Source: an uncultured archaeon
GTDB taxonomy: Archaea > Thermoproteota > EX4484-205 > JAAOZP01
DNA: 64,000 nucleotides
Assembly (NCBI GenBank): GCA_938045545.1
Contig: CALIBN010000010.1
Coordinates: 1 to 64,000 of the forward strand
Direction: 5' to 3'
Part shown: positions 49,958-60,654 of the stretch, piece after piece
Layout of the letters: every line of letters starts with the position of its first letter
Numbering within the stretch: the first letter of the stretch is position 1
Notes under the pieces: model-generated
Told to the model about the DNA's origin: nothing
The model's input: only the letters and a program-made list of their open reading frames with translations
Database searches by the model: none
Position numbers and translations under genes: made by a program

Positions 49958-50294
49958 TTATTTTCACCCCCGAGCCCTTCTGTTCAACCTCTGCAAACTC
50001 GTCCAACCGCATAACCTTGCATCCGGCTGACCTAAGCTTATCTAGCGCGGCCGAGGAGAAGGAGAGGGCGGCAACCGTGACACTATGGTTGATCTCCCCC
50101 TTGCCTAGGACTTTCCCAGGGACCACTACACGGTCACCCTGCTTGGTTAAACGCGAAATCTTACCCACGTTTACCTCGGCCATCCTGCTCCTAGGCCTGG
50201 ACAAAAGGCTCTCAACCCTCCTCCAGAACCTGGAGTCACCTGCCGCCTTCCTCACCGAAATCAACACCCTCCTCGCCGCCACGCTTCTCTTCAA
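49950..50294 (-). CDS. rpl18e: ribosomal protein eL18
   Basis: EVNVGKI, VVPGKVLG.G. Confidence 0.93.
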   Translation of the reverse strand: MKRSVAARRVLISVRKAAGDSRFWRRVESLLSRPRSRMAEVNVGKISRLTKQGDRVVVPGKVLGKGEINHSVTVAALSFSSAALDKLRSAGCKVMRLDEFAEVEQKGSGVKIIV

Positions 50295-50919
50295 CCTCAG
50301 GAAGCGTGAGAGAATCCAGAAGCGTTTTAAACTTATCTCTCAAAATATCAAGAGCCTGCCTGAAAACCTCTATTGAGGGTAGAGAACCTGTTGATTCAAG
50401 CCTGAAAACGAAAGCATCCGGGGAATCCGTGAAGCTGTACGTGGCCAGGGAGGCGGGCTGCCATTTAGCATGCATCTTACCCCTTCCAAGCCTAGCTAAT
50501 GCCTCCAGCCTGAGCTTCCCACCTGGGGGTAGCTTAGTTATAGGAATATTGCCGTAGACAGGGTAAACATCCTCATCCCTGCAGACAAGATGCTTGGAGT
50601 AAACCGTCAAAGGCGAGTCGCCGGCTGAAACATCTATGCTCAGCGTGGTGAAACACTTCTCGCTAGAGCCAAGGCACTCCGGGGAATCCATCGGAAGATA
50701 TTTTCCAGGCGGGGTTCTCAAGGGTATCAGGCCAAGCCTGTTTGAAAGGACCTCGTCGAACATCGGGCTCGAGTTTTCAAAGATGAAGACCTCGTGAACC
50801 GCCAGCGTAGGAACCTCTTCAAGAATAGCCCTTCTTATAGCGTTTACAAGCGCCTCTGAGCATCCTTCTAGCCTAGCCTCTAGATAATCGTCGCTCAGCT
50901 TAAGTATCTTTACATCCAT
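50236..50919 (-). CDS. rpoD: RNA polymerase subunit Rpo3 (RpoD)
   Basis: NAIRR....VP, RLGLIP, HAKW, ESTG. Confidence 0.95.
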   Translation of the reverse strand: MDVKILKLSDDYLEARLEGCSEALVNAIRRAILEEVPTLAVHEVFIFENSSPMFDEVLSNRLGLIPLRTPPGKYLPMDSPECLGSSEKCFTTLSIDVSAGDSPLTVYSKHLVCRDEDVYPVYGNIPITKLPPGGKLRLEALARLGRGKMHAKWQPASLATYSFTDSPDAFVFRLESTGSLPSIEVFRQALDILRDKFKTLLDSLTLPEVEEKRGGEEGVDFGEEGGR

Positions 50920-51036
50920 ATTAACGTGCTATTTTCCCCGAGAAGGTATTTAAGGGTTAGCTTCAACGGCCATGGGCCGCTAGGCGCTGAAGCCGCTTGA
51001 AGAACGCTTATTAACCCCCTTTAGCAGGATGGCCGC
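50920..51036. promoter_or_regulatory. divergent TATA-box promoters for rpoD and rps11
   Basis: CTTAAATA on the minus strand near 50950 and TTATTAA on the plus strand near 51010, each about 25 nt from a start codon. Confidence 0.5.
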
Positions 51037-51432
51037 GTGAGCACTGAACAGGGGAAGTATGCAGTCGTACGAATATACTCCTCCAGCAACAACACTATAG
51101 TGCATGCTACGGATCCAAGCGGCGCCTCAACACTCGCAGTATCCGCAGCAGGCCAGCATGTTAAAGCTGATAGGCTTGGAGGCAGCCCTTATGGTGCGAT
51201 GATGGCTGCAAACGCTGTGGCTGGAGCCTTGAAGAAGCTTGGAATAACAAGCATTAAGGTAAGGGTCAGGGCTCCGGGGGGCATAAAGTCTAGAACCCCT
51301 GGACAGGGGGCTCAGGCAGCTATAAGAGCATTAACAAGGGCTGGCCTAAGGATAATAGCGATAGAGGATGTAACACCAATTCCAACCGACGGGACTAGGA
51401 AACCCGGAGGCAGAAGGGGGAGAAGATTCTAG
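51037..51432 (+). CDS. rps11: ribosomal protein uS11
   Basis: [29 protein letters not shown]. Confidence 0.97.
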   Translation: MSTEQGKYAVVRIYSSSNNTIVHATDPSGASTLAVSAAGQHVKADRLGGSPYGAMMAANAVAGALKKLGITSIKVRVRAPGGIKSRTPGQGAQAAIRALTRAGLRIIAIEDVTPIPTDGTRKPGGRRGRRF

Positions 51433-51706
51433 CCTTTTAAGACAGGGTTTAACCTACACGGGCAAATCCATTCTCCACCTGCTTTACCCAGTTTTCGAAA
51501 CCATTCTTCCTGCAAACCTTTAACAGCAAGACAAACGATGCTCGATTGCTTAACCCAGAGTCATAATGCACGCTCAGCCTTACCTATCCTACTACGGTCT
51601 ATTCAAAACCATCTGTTTAGACCGCTTGGTTAAGCGAGCTTCGTGAGGAACTTTTACCAACCTTGCCCTCATATCACAGACGGCCTCTTCAATCCCCGAG
51701 AGAAAA

Positions 51707-52198
51707 CTAAGCTGCCTTGGCCTCTTCGACTGTCTTAACCCTTACGAGTGGTTCTTCCTCTCTAGTGACGAAGTATCCTGGGGATCTTACAATCTGGTCG
51801 CCTATCATGATCTTGCCGTGAACTATAGCCTGCCTAGCGCTGTGAATAGTCTTTGCAAAACCTTTCCTGTAGACGATTGTTTGAAGCCTCCTTTCAAGAA
51901 TGTTTGAAACAGTCAGTGAGAGAACATCGTCAAGCTTCGCGTCTTTGCCGACCAAGCCAAGCCTGTAGAGCCTTGAAATAAGCTCAGACTCCCTCTTAAC
52001 CCTTTCCTCGCCCGTCAGGCTCAGATAAGAGCGGGCTGAAGCCCTAACACCCCTGAGGAAGGATGCGGCCCTCCAAAGTTCCCTCTTGTTCCTTAAACCA
52101 TACTCCCCCACGAGTATAAGCTCCTCCGTCAGACGCTCTTTAACCCATGGGTGTTTCGGATGCAGGATTTTGCTTCTAATCTTACGCGGGTCACCCAT
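51707..52198 (-). CDS. rps4: ribosomal protein uS4
   Basis: MGDP, YGLRNKRE, LERRLQT, ARQ. Confidence 0.97.
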   Translation of the reverse strand: MGDPRKIRSKILHPKHPWVKERLTEELILVGEYGLRNKRELWRAASFLRGVRASARSYLSLTGEERVKRESELISRLYRLGLVGKDAKLDDVLSLTVSNILERRLQTIVYRKGFAKTIHSARQAIVHGKIMIGDQIVRSPGYFVTREEEPLVRVKTVEEAKAA

Positions 52199-52204
52199 TC
52201 CTCA

Positions 52205-52681
52205 TCACTTTTTCTCGCTTCCAGAGGACTTCAAAGCAGCCTTTGAAAAACCAACAGGCCCACCGGTCCTGCCGGTTGTCCTAGTCCTCTGACCCCTTAC
52301 CTTTAAGCCGAGCGAGTGTCTAACACCCTTCCAAGACTTAATCCTCATCATCCTCTCAATATCCATCTTCTGAGCCAATTCTAAGTCGGACGTTATCAGA
52401 TGCTTATCCTCACCAGTTATAGGATCCTTCCTCCTGTTAAGCATCCAAGCCGGGAGGTTTAGCGACTTAGGGTTGTTCAGGGTTGCCTCTATCCTTGAAA
52501 CCTCATCATCAGTCAAGTAGCCGAGACGAGTATCCATAGGTATGTTTAGCGCGATGCATACGGCTCTCGCCGTAGCCCAACCTAAGCCTTTCACCTGTGA
52601 AAGACCATCCAGTACTCTCCTCTTACCGTCGCAATCCACACCGGCGATCCTCACTATCTCCTTAAACTCCCTGTTGCTCAT
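52205..52681 (-). CDS. rps13: ribosomal protein uS13
   Basis: NRRKD..TG, GLKVRGQRTRTTGR. Confidence 0.97.
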   Translation of the reverse strand: MSNREFKEIVRIAGVDCDGKRRVLDGLSQVKGLGWATARAVCIALNIPMDTRLGYLTDDEVSRIEATLNNPKSLNLPAWMLNRRKDPITGEDKHLITSDLELAQKMDIERMMRIKSWKGVRHSLGLKVRGQRTRTTGRTGGPVGFSKAALKSSGSEKK

Positions 52682-53438
52682 AAAGGCTTAATGACGCTTA
52701 CCGGAGCCTGGTTATAAACATTATTTCTGGACAACATAGAAAAAGGAGGGTTAAACCCGGTAACGAGGGTTTCACTTTAGGGGGTTGGAACCAGTATTCC
52801 CTCAGTGATTAGCCGCGTGGAAACTGGTTGCTGAACAGCTTTACATACTTTATCCTTTAAAGGAGTGGCCTCCTATTCCTTCTCACCTTTACAAACTCTT
52901 TGCAGAATCTTTGTTTCTCTTTAGAGTCAAATCACACATTAAGTGCGCAGCGTGAACCACGTCAGCCCTCCTCACTATCTCGTTGAAGACTTGCTCTTCA
53001 GACATATCCTTAGGGTTAAAGACTAAGGTGAAAAACGTGCTACGCCTGGATTCAGCTCAAACTCGACATCTACCCAGTATTTTTTCCTTTATTCTTCTGG
53101 CCACTTCTTTTCCCCAGTACAATGGTAGGATGAAGCCACCATAGGGTCTTCCAAATACTTCTCCCACTTCCCGTTAACTAGGTCATTAAGTATTTCATCC
53201 CTTTCTTTATGCACCTTCTTCTAAATCCTATTCCTTTCCTCCTCGCTCTTCGCCTTCTTCAGCTTGGAGCAATATACACCCAGATCTAAAACTGTCTCCA
53301 CGATATAGCGCGTGCCAGCAGTTCGTATATATCTGGGCCAAAAGGTCCTATTTCTGGAAATAGAACCTTTTTACAAGAATAAAAAAGGTTTATTACTCGG
53401 CTTTTCTTTTTCGGTAAAAGGAGAAGAGAAGAGAGAAA

Positions 53439-54013
53439 ATGGGCATAAAACTTGATAAAAAAATAATTATTATTGTGTTTAGGCTGCTGGTCTCTAGTTC
53501 AGTAATATCCTTCGTAATTACGAGTGTTTTGTGTTACTCGCTCTGGGGTTACTACTGGAGTAAACCTCCATATCATAACCTTGAATATGGAAATGTTTCA
53601 TCTTCAAGTTATTGGGCAGTGGAAGACGCTATCTCCGACTGGAATAATATACCGATAACGAACCATCCTTCCTTTTATCCTGTAATCTCTGGGCCCCCTC
53701 AACACGTTGAAATCCATGACACTTATAACTCCACTGCCTTATGGGATGGAAAATGTTGGCTATCTCAAACTTCGGAAATATAATTGAGCATGCAATAATC
53801 TACCTTAACACCTATTATGTCGATAGTTACTCTTACAATAAAAAGAAGTCTTTAGCCTGTCACGAGCTTGGCCATGTTCTTGGATTATACGACGTGGGGC
53901 CCTATAATCCAGTAATAATGAATGGATATACTTATTACAGATACGATGTTTACGGAATTTCCACTCCACAACAAGACGACATAAATGGAGTAGCAGCAAT
54001 CTATGGGGGATGA
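53439..54013 (+). pseudogene. secreted matrixin-like zinc metalloprotease, split by a frameshift near 53760-53780
   Basis: N-terminal hydrophobic segment and AISDWN in ORF1; HELGHVLGLYD, Met-turn VIMN and DDINGV..IYG in ORF2. Confidence 0.75.
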
Positions 54014-54019
54014 AGGGGG

Positions 54020-54661
54020 ATGAAGAGGAATAGCTTGATAAAATTAAAGTCCGCATCTATTTTGATAGGAATTATCGTCGGATTGCTCAGCAGCCTGGTC
54101 ACAATCAACCATATCCTAAATCCACAGCATATGATGAATAATGCTGAAAACGATGAAACTGAAGATGCGGTTGAGGTAAGTTGGGTAATATATTTCAGCA
54201 ACTTAAGAGAGCTTGTAACAAACTCCGATGTAATAATTCTAGGAAAAGTCATCGATGCTAGAACGATTATTAGGACTATTTATGAACCATGGGGTACAAA
54301 GGATATAGGGACTGCATATAAATTTGAAGTCGAGCAAGTGATAAAAGGTGATCTTAGAGTCGGCGAGGTCATAGGATTCGCTCTGAGTGGAGGCATAATT
54401 AATGGGAAGCCGAGAATGGTCATAAGAGAGGATCCTTTGGCGAACGTTGGTGAACGGCTTATACTATTTCTAAAACGCACCGAAGGAGGCTTTGCGATTC
54501 AGGGTCCATGGGGAAGATTTATCGTAATTTCAAATAAAGTGTATTCGTTGGGCGCCATTTATCTGGCTTCGAAAAACTATTCATTGGACGTCAATGGAAC
54601 CAACCTAGAAGAATTCATAAAAGAAATACAGGTTATCATGACAACATTTTACATAGGCTAG
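54020..54661 (+). CDS. membrane-anchored extracellular protein, possibly TIMP/NTR-like
   Basis: N-terminal TM; SDVIILGKV...YKFEVEQVIKG...GERLILFL. Confidence 0.65.
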   Translation: MKRNSLIKLKSASILIGIIVGLLSSLVTINHILNPQHMMNNAENDETEDAVEVSWVIYFSNLRELVTNSDVIILGKVIDARTIIRTIYEPWGTKDIGTAYKFEVEQVIKGDLRVGEVIGFALSGGIINGKPRMVIREDPLANVGERLILFLKRTEGGFAIQGPWGRFIVISNKVYSLGAIYLASKNYSLDVNGTNLEEFIKEIQVIMTTFYIG

Positions 54662-54977
54662 TAGCGCGCTAGCAGACTGAGCTCGTAAAAGGCTTCTATA
54701 ATAGTTTTTCTTCTTCCATGCTTGCCCCTTGGCCAGATTCGGGCTTTTTGAGCCGCCAAGCGGGTATTCTACCAATGAACTACAGACCCTAGCGTTAACC
54801 TTTTTCCTAATGATATTTAAGCTTTCCCTATAATCTTAATAGATCTGAATACGAAATATGGTCTAATATCCAAGTTACCCATCATTATATTACTAACTCT
54901 ATTACAAATAGGGCTAGTTAAAAACCCAGCTGTTCCTGTTACATCTTGGAAAAATAGTCTTCCGAAGAATATCTGGG

Positions 54978-55202
54978 CTAGCGTACACTATAATATAAAA
55001 TATAAAATGAGAATTTGAGTGCGATATAAAATGAGAATTTGAGTGCGCGCTCCCACCAATACTTGTACTCCATCCACCCTCGGAGTATTCTATCCAGTAT
55101 CTCCTCTGAGGAGAGACGGGAATATTTTTGGAAGGAATCCATCTTCCTGAAGTATTCTATGGAATCTACGAATCGCTTCTTAAGCTCTGGGTTTATCATC
55201 AC
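54978..55202 (-). pseudogene. truncated hypothetical, paralog of 56328-56546
   Basis: ELKKRFVDSIEYFRKMD..F; runs into a tandem repeat. Confidence 0.6.
55000..55047. repeat. 24-bp tandem duplication (2 copies)
   Basis: atataaaatgagaatttgagtgcg twice. Confidence 0.9.
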
Positions 55203-56111
55203 CGTTACTAATCATGAATTCAACTTTTAAGCATAACTTTTTTAATTTCATGTAAAAGCTTGGTTCCCCCCAATATGTTGTGCAGAAAAGATTGTGTGAA
55301 GCTGAGGTTTGGAATACGTGAGATTCAATATCCTCCTTTATCTGGTGCACGGGGATTAAACAAACAATGAAACTATGAAGAATGAAGATTAGAGGTGATT
55401 GGGAAGAAAAGACAGATAAAAGCAGAAAAGGGTCAGAAGAAATAAGGTCGTGCTATTCTCCAAGGTGAAGAGTCCGGAAATGGTATCGTGAAATCGGTTG
55501 ATCTCTTCTTCCGTTGATGGTATTTTTCTTCTAAGCATTTCCCCGATCTCGGCTAAGGAATAAATTTATTTGGTTCCATTTTCTCAAGAATGTTATGTTA
55601 TAGATTTATACCACGAAAGAGAACGTTTTTGAAACAAAGCTTATGATGCTTAAAGAAACAAACAACTCCTAATCTTTAAAAGATTTCAGTAAAATTATAG
55701 ATTGCCAGATGAACCGCTTAAACTATGGTGAAAACTCTCCCAAGGATGGATTCATACAAAAGGAATCGTGTAAAAAATTATTGAACATATCAAGGGAAAA
55801 ATCGGATTTACCTTCATAAGCATTCTATAAGTGACCCATAAAAGCCCAATCTGGTCACCGATGTCTCCGAAAGTCATTGAATTAAAAGCTGGGAGACTTA
55901 AAGGGGAGCCCTAACCCCAGGGCCTTAGTCGAGAAATGCCTAGCCTTATGAGACTCTATGGCCTACGAGGATGGACATCGCAATAGACTATGGTGGAAGA
56001 TCGAGAAGGATAAGGATTTAAGATGGTGTTGACAGAATAATGAAAATGTTGCCTACTGAGTGTCACCTCATGATCCCGAGATCCTTCATAACCTTAAGTT
56101 AGTTAAAGCAT

Positions 56112-56212
56112 CGCTGGGGACGGGATTCGAACCCGCACGGCCCAGAAGGGCCACAAGCTTGCTTGAAGAGCTTTTCTCCAGGCTTGCGCCTTGCCAGTTC
56201 GGCCACCCCAGC
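56112..56212 (-). tRNA. tRNA-Ser(GGA) with a 16-nt intron at 37/38 (56160-56175)
   Basis: GCTGGGG/CCCCAGC acceptor stem, G discriminator, long variable arm, GGTTCGAATCC, anticodon stem CAAGC/GCTTG. Confidence 0.9.
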
Positions 56213-56327
56213 GCGATATATTGAGGCACGCCCATCTTAAAAGTTTTTACAACATGCTTACAAAAGGCGTTTTTAAGTTTTAGGAGCGAGTTACGCTTAA
56301 ATGCAACTTCATGAACATTAGTGATGG

Positions 56328-56546
56328 ATGGTGAACCTGGAGCTCAGGAAGCGCTTCGTCGATTCGATAGAGCACATTAGGAAGATGGATTTCTTCAAGG
56401 ACCACTCTAACTTGTCCTCCGTGAAGATCCTCGAAAAGATATTCGGGGGGAAATAGACTACGAGTATTGGTGGAAGGAAAAGAGTCCGCGTAAACGAAGG
56501 GAGCCAGATTTCTACAAATCCCTACGAGAAAATGATCTGTATGGAC
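56328..56546 (+). pseudogene. frameshifted fragment, paralog of 54978-55202
   Basis: MVNLELRKRFVDSIEHIRKMDFF...; frameshift at a G run before DYEYWWKE. Confidence 0.6.
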
Positions 56547-58013
56547 TCATCTTGAGAAAAAGAGTGTATATTCCGAAAGGGGTCTTTGCACGCGCGCTCC
56601 CCCCTCTTCGGGCCTGTAGAGAGACCTGTGGCAGTGCCCTATTACGCGGATCTCGCTCAGGTCCTTATTCTCTAAAAGTTTCTTCATCATCTCCTTGGGA
56701 TTCGCATCCATAGGAAGGCCGAGCTCATGGCCGTGGCTAAACCTTACTACCTTCCAATTCGCTAACTTGACCTTTATCCTTTTCTTCGAGAACCTCCGGA
56801 GCATCGTCAGAATCCTTATGGCTTCCACCAATATCGGATGCGGGCTATACAGTTGAGGTTCCCACGGTCCCCTCGCAAACGTAAACCTTCTCAGGGTCTT
56901 TAAAAACTCGGGAGCGTTTGAATCCGAGCATCCAGACACGTACCTCATGCGGGCGCCGAGGTCCTTCAGAAAGTCGAGGAAACTAATGATGTGCGATGCC
57001 TTTGGCTTCCCCTCCACGAAGTCGAATACGTCGCCCAAGAGGACCAGGTGGGTCGGGTGGATCTCCATGAGCCTCCTCAAGCACGGCAGCCAGAGTGATT
57101 GGGGGACACCTATGTGTAAATCCCCTACGACCGCTAAGCAATCATCCTTCTCCAATATCATGTCGTAAACAGGTATCTCATCCAGCTTTCCCTTCTCCGC
57201 ATACTCTTTGAGCATGACCCAATCGTGCCACGCTATGTCATCCGGGTTTTCAGCGATCTGGTTTGGGAACTTAGCTGAGCATGCCTTACAGTTACACTCA
57301 ATGAGGTCTCTTTCCAGGTCTATGATGCCCACGCCGGATGACGTGCCCGCATAAGCATGCCAATTCTTGGCCTCTATTAGCCAAGACATGCCCGCCAGGG
57401 AGATTTCAGGGTCTGATTTGTAGAGATCATGCAGGCCTTTGAGGCCTAAGGCCCCTATCATCAGGGGCTTCGCCCCGATTTCGTATATCTTCACCAGCCC
57501 CAGCGAGTAGAGGTCGTCGGCGATTTTAGCCATATCCTCATGGACCTCGGCGCCGCGGCTTCTAGCCAGAACGTACTCGGTGGCGTGAAGCCCAACCCTC
57601 CTGAAGCCCATTTTCTCCAGCCACTCCGCGTGGAGCGCCATCTCTGAAGGGTCTACTCCCTTCAGCAGCGTATCGTTGGTATCCCCTCCTCAACATACTT
57701 CATCGTTAGGAGCGTGGCCTCGATCAGATTGGATAAATTCAAAGCCTTGGAGTACTCGGCGTAAACGGGCATATCCCACCCAATCACCCCATTGAAGTCT
57801 CCTTTCTTTGTAAAAGCCCACGGTGAAGTTGAACGTCTCTTCGGTTAGGAGCCTATCCGGCATTATTGTTGAGAGCAGGATTTGACCATCGAATTCTAGG
57901 AAGTTGTGCACTCCTTCCTCTTTAACCCTTTTTATGTTCTCGCCGTCGCCATACTCCAAACGAATATACCGAAATACCAAAACAACATTTTGAAAAACCC
58001 TTTTTATACGCAT
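56547..58013 (-). pseudogene. TGT-fold (DUF4417-like) domain fused to a metallophosphoesterase, with two frameshifts
   Basis: GVHNFLEFDGQILLSTIMPD / GWDMPVYAE...GIPTI / LLKGVDP...SWLIEAK...CNCKAC...IAWHDW, then DLH, GD, HGH, GHCH; shifts near 57810 and 57670. Confidence 0.7.
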
Positions 58014-58802
58014 ATATTTTTTACTAATGGCCTCATATCACTACCCTCTACGATCTAATATTGGAATTGGATTTCTCGGTCTTTATAGAATGCATGCTCA
58101 AATCGTTAAAAAAAATAATAATCTTCAAAAAGCATTAAAATGTTATCGTTCGCGTTTCTCGGCCCTCCAGTATAGGTATGGAATCCCCTTCTCATAGCAG
58201 GGCCAATTCTCGTGCCTCAATTCATAACCCAAACTCACTACATCCTTAAGACCCAACTTCCTTCTCAGTAACCTTTTCAATAACCTTCTTGAAAATGAGG
58301 ATCACAAGGCTCTATTCAAGCGGAGGCGAGCCTTAGATAAATCATGTACGACTCTAGCATCATGTTCGCCACCAGTTCAACAGCCCTCATGGGGCTCGGA
58401 ATACCTGCGGAGCTTCTCGGAGCTGTTTTAGCGTGCACGCTATAAAGCCGTTAGACTTAAAAACTTCGGGTTCAGAATAAAAAAAGAGAAGAGTTGGATA
58501 AATGTCCCGTTTGCCATGAGAAGGTAGGAGGTTAGGAACAGAAGCTCGAGGATCTCTCCATAATGCTCATCGGCCGTAGTCTGCTAGAGCCATGCATTAA
58601 TGTCTTACTCTCCTCTCCGGTTTTCTCCTCAGCAATATGTAGATGGTGTCAAGTATTGCTGGGGATATTAGCCTCTCAACGAGTGTTAGAGGCTTCTCGT
58701 CCTAGTATAGCTGGAAGAAGGTATAATGGTCTTTGATAAAAAAAGGTCGAGAAAACCATGAAACGATGGCCAAATGAAAACTCGCGTAGCAACTAAAGGG
58801 AT

Positions 58803-59805
58803 TTAGTGGCTCTTCCACATTTTAGGATATAAGTCTCTGCTTATCACGACCCTCTCCACGGACACGACTATACCACTTTTAGCCTGCAGAACTTCGTCGG
58901 AACTCATCATAAGGGTGCCAAAGCCGACGCACTCACCCTTCAAAGTTTTTATGCACACAACATCCCCCTTGGAAAGAGGGTGATCTATCTTTGAAACTCC
59001 TTTGGAGGCGAGGGGAGCGCCGTGTGCAACAGCCGCCACCGCGCTGTCTTTAATATACACTGAGGGAAAGCCTTTGAAAGCGTCTTCAACAGGTTTAACG
59101 AGTCTTCTTAGAAGAGTCTCATCACCCTTCTTAGAGTAGAGCTGCCAGCCAGCGTAGAGCTCTAAAAGAGTTGCCGAAGAATCCTCGTCTAGAAAACCGT
59201 CCCTAACCCTTCTGAGTTCAACCATGTGTGCACCCGTGCCCAGCAGCAGGCCAAGATCATGCAGAAGCTTCCTGATGTACGTGCCCGGCTCGGTGACAAC
59301 CCTGAAGACGAACCTCCTGTCTGAAACATCCTCCACCGTAAACCTTACAATAATTCTCCGCCTCAGCGACCTTTTAACGGATGATTTAACCGGTGGACGT
59401 TGGTATATTGGGCCAGTCATCTTCTCAACCCATTTCCTTAAAGCCTTCTCCTCGAATTCCCCGTGTATCTCGCAGACCCCGACATACTCTTTACTCATCA
59501 TATGCAAGTACTCTATGGTTTTAGTAGCGTCGTTAAGACAAACCGGCAGGACACCGGATACGCCGGGATCTCCCCATTGCTTCAAGGGTCCCGGCGTGCC
59601 CAGCCTTCTCGGCGTTGAGGATCCTCTTAACGGTTGAAGACACGTCGTGGCTCGAGGGCCCCGGAGGCTTATCAAGGTTCACAACCCCCAGCTGCAGAAG
59701 CCTGGAGATGCTTCTTTTATCGGGGTGCTCACCGTACTTCTCGTCGGTTTCACACTCCTCCTTGACAAGCGTCCGGAACCTTACGAAGTCAACAAGCGTC
59801 CTCAA
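58803..59805 (-). CDS. cbf5: H/ACA pseudouridine synthase Cbf5 (exons 59583-59805 and 58803-59569)
   Basis: [10 protein letters not shown]; [15 protein letters not shown] restored by removing 13 nt; GTYIR; PUA domain; 990 nt spliced. Confidence 0.95.
59570..59582 (-). other. 13-nt bulge-helix-bulge mRNA intron in cbf5
   Basis: Exon helix GCCGGGA/UCCCGGC, central helix CCCU/GGGG, bulges UGA and AGA, A-GCAA-U loop. Confidence 0.9.
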
Positions 59806-60082
59806 ACCTCACGATCTCCCTCATGAATTCTTTCAAGCCGCTTTTCTCTATGGCCGTCATAACAGTCTCATCCTTAGAGTTCACCCTTATTCTGACGGTT
59901 TCAGCAAGGGGCATGAGGTGGAGGATGTTCTTCCTACCCCTCTTAACACCGTTCAACTCCTTTGGACCAGTTACGATAACACTCGTATCGTCAACGCTGC
60001 CTACTATAACGCATTTCTTACCCCTGTCCCTTCCACGGGTTATCACGCATATTCTTCCTGGCCGCAACACTTCCCTAGGCAT
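59789..60082 (-). CDS. rpl14e: ribosomal protein eL14
   Basis: GRICV...GRD.GKKCVI, TGPK. Confidence 0.93.
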   Translation of the reverse strand: MPREVLRPGRICVITRGRDRGKKCVIVGSVDDTSVIVTGPKELNGVKRGRKNILHLMPLAETVRIRVNSKDETVMTAIEKSGLKEFMREIVRFEDAC

Positions 60083-60089
60083 CTTCCCA

Positions 60090-60653
60090 TCACCATTTCT
60101 CCTCCAAATAGGCTGAGACGGCTAACTTAAGTATTCTACCGACTGACTCCTGGGAAAGGCTTCCAGTGTCGATAATGATGTCGTAGATGCTTAAATCATC
60201 GATGTTAAACCCATAGTACTCGACGAACCTTTTCCTCTCCGAGTCCTCTCTAGTAAGTGTTTCAGAAACTACTTCTTCAAAGGGTTTTTTCTCTCTGGCA
60301 GCAATCCTTCTGCACCTTTCTTCGAAGGGCGCCTTCAAATATATTTTGAAGGATTCGACGCCCCTGGCGAACCATCCTGCGAGAAGACTGTCTAGAACGA
60401 CCCCTCCGGAGTCGAGCAGTGATAAAGTAACGTTGTCTATCTCCCTGTCGAAATCAGGGGATTTCTTGCAGAGCTCTGAGAGCTGGGCAAGAGTCAACCC
60501 CTTATTCTCAGCTATCGAACGGAAAACCGAGCCCGTTGAAACATATCTGAGGTTGAACTGCCTCGCAAGCGGAGCTGCGAAAGTCGATTTCCCAACTCCG
60601 TGTAGACCCGTTATTATTATTATCGGGTTTCTCGGCCGCTTCAACCCCGCCAT
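60090..60653 (-). CDS. cmk: archaeal cytidylate kinase
   Basis: G..G.GKST, STGSVFR, L.GW, Y......DLSIYD. Confidence 0.9.
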   Translation of the reverse strand: MAGLKRPRNPIIIITGLHGVGKSTFAAPLARQFNLRYVSTGSVFRSIAENKGLTLAQLSELCKKSPDFDREIDNVTLSLLDSGGVVLDSLLAGWFARGVESFKIYLKAPFEERCRRIAAREKKPFEEVVSETLTREDSERKRFVEYYGFNIDDLSIYDIIIDTGSLSQESVGRILKLAVSAYLEEKW

Positions 60654-60654
60654 C

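Noticed and set aside
52850-53290. Decayed minus-strand coding-like sequence
   Set aside because: Too many stops and shifts to assign a family
56112-56212. Alternative reading as tRNA-Leu(CAA)
   Set aside because: The CAA lies in the intron; the G discriminator and loop geometry fit Ser(GGA)
58803-59805. cbf5 as a frameshifted pseudogene
   Set aside because: The insertion forms a proper BHB at the known intron position
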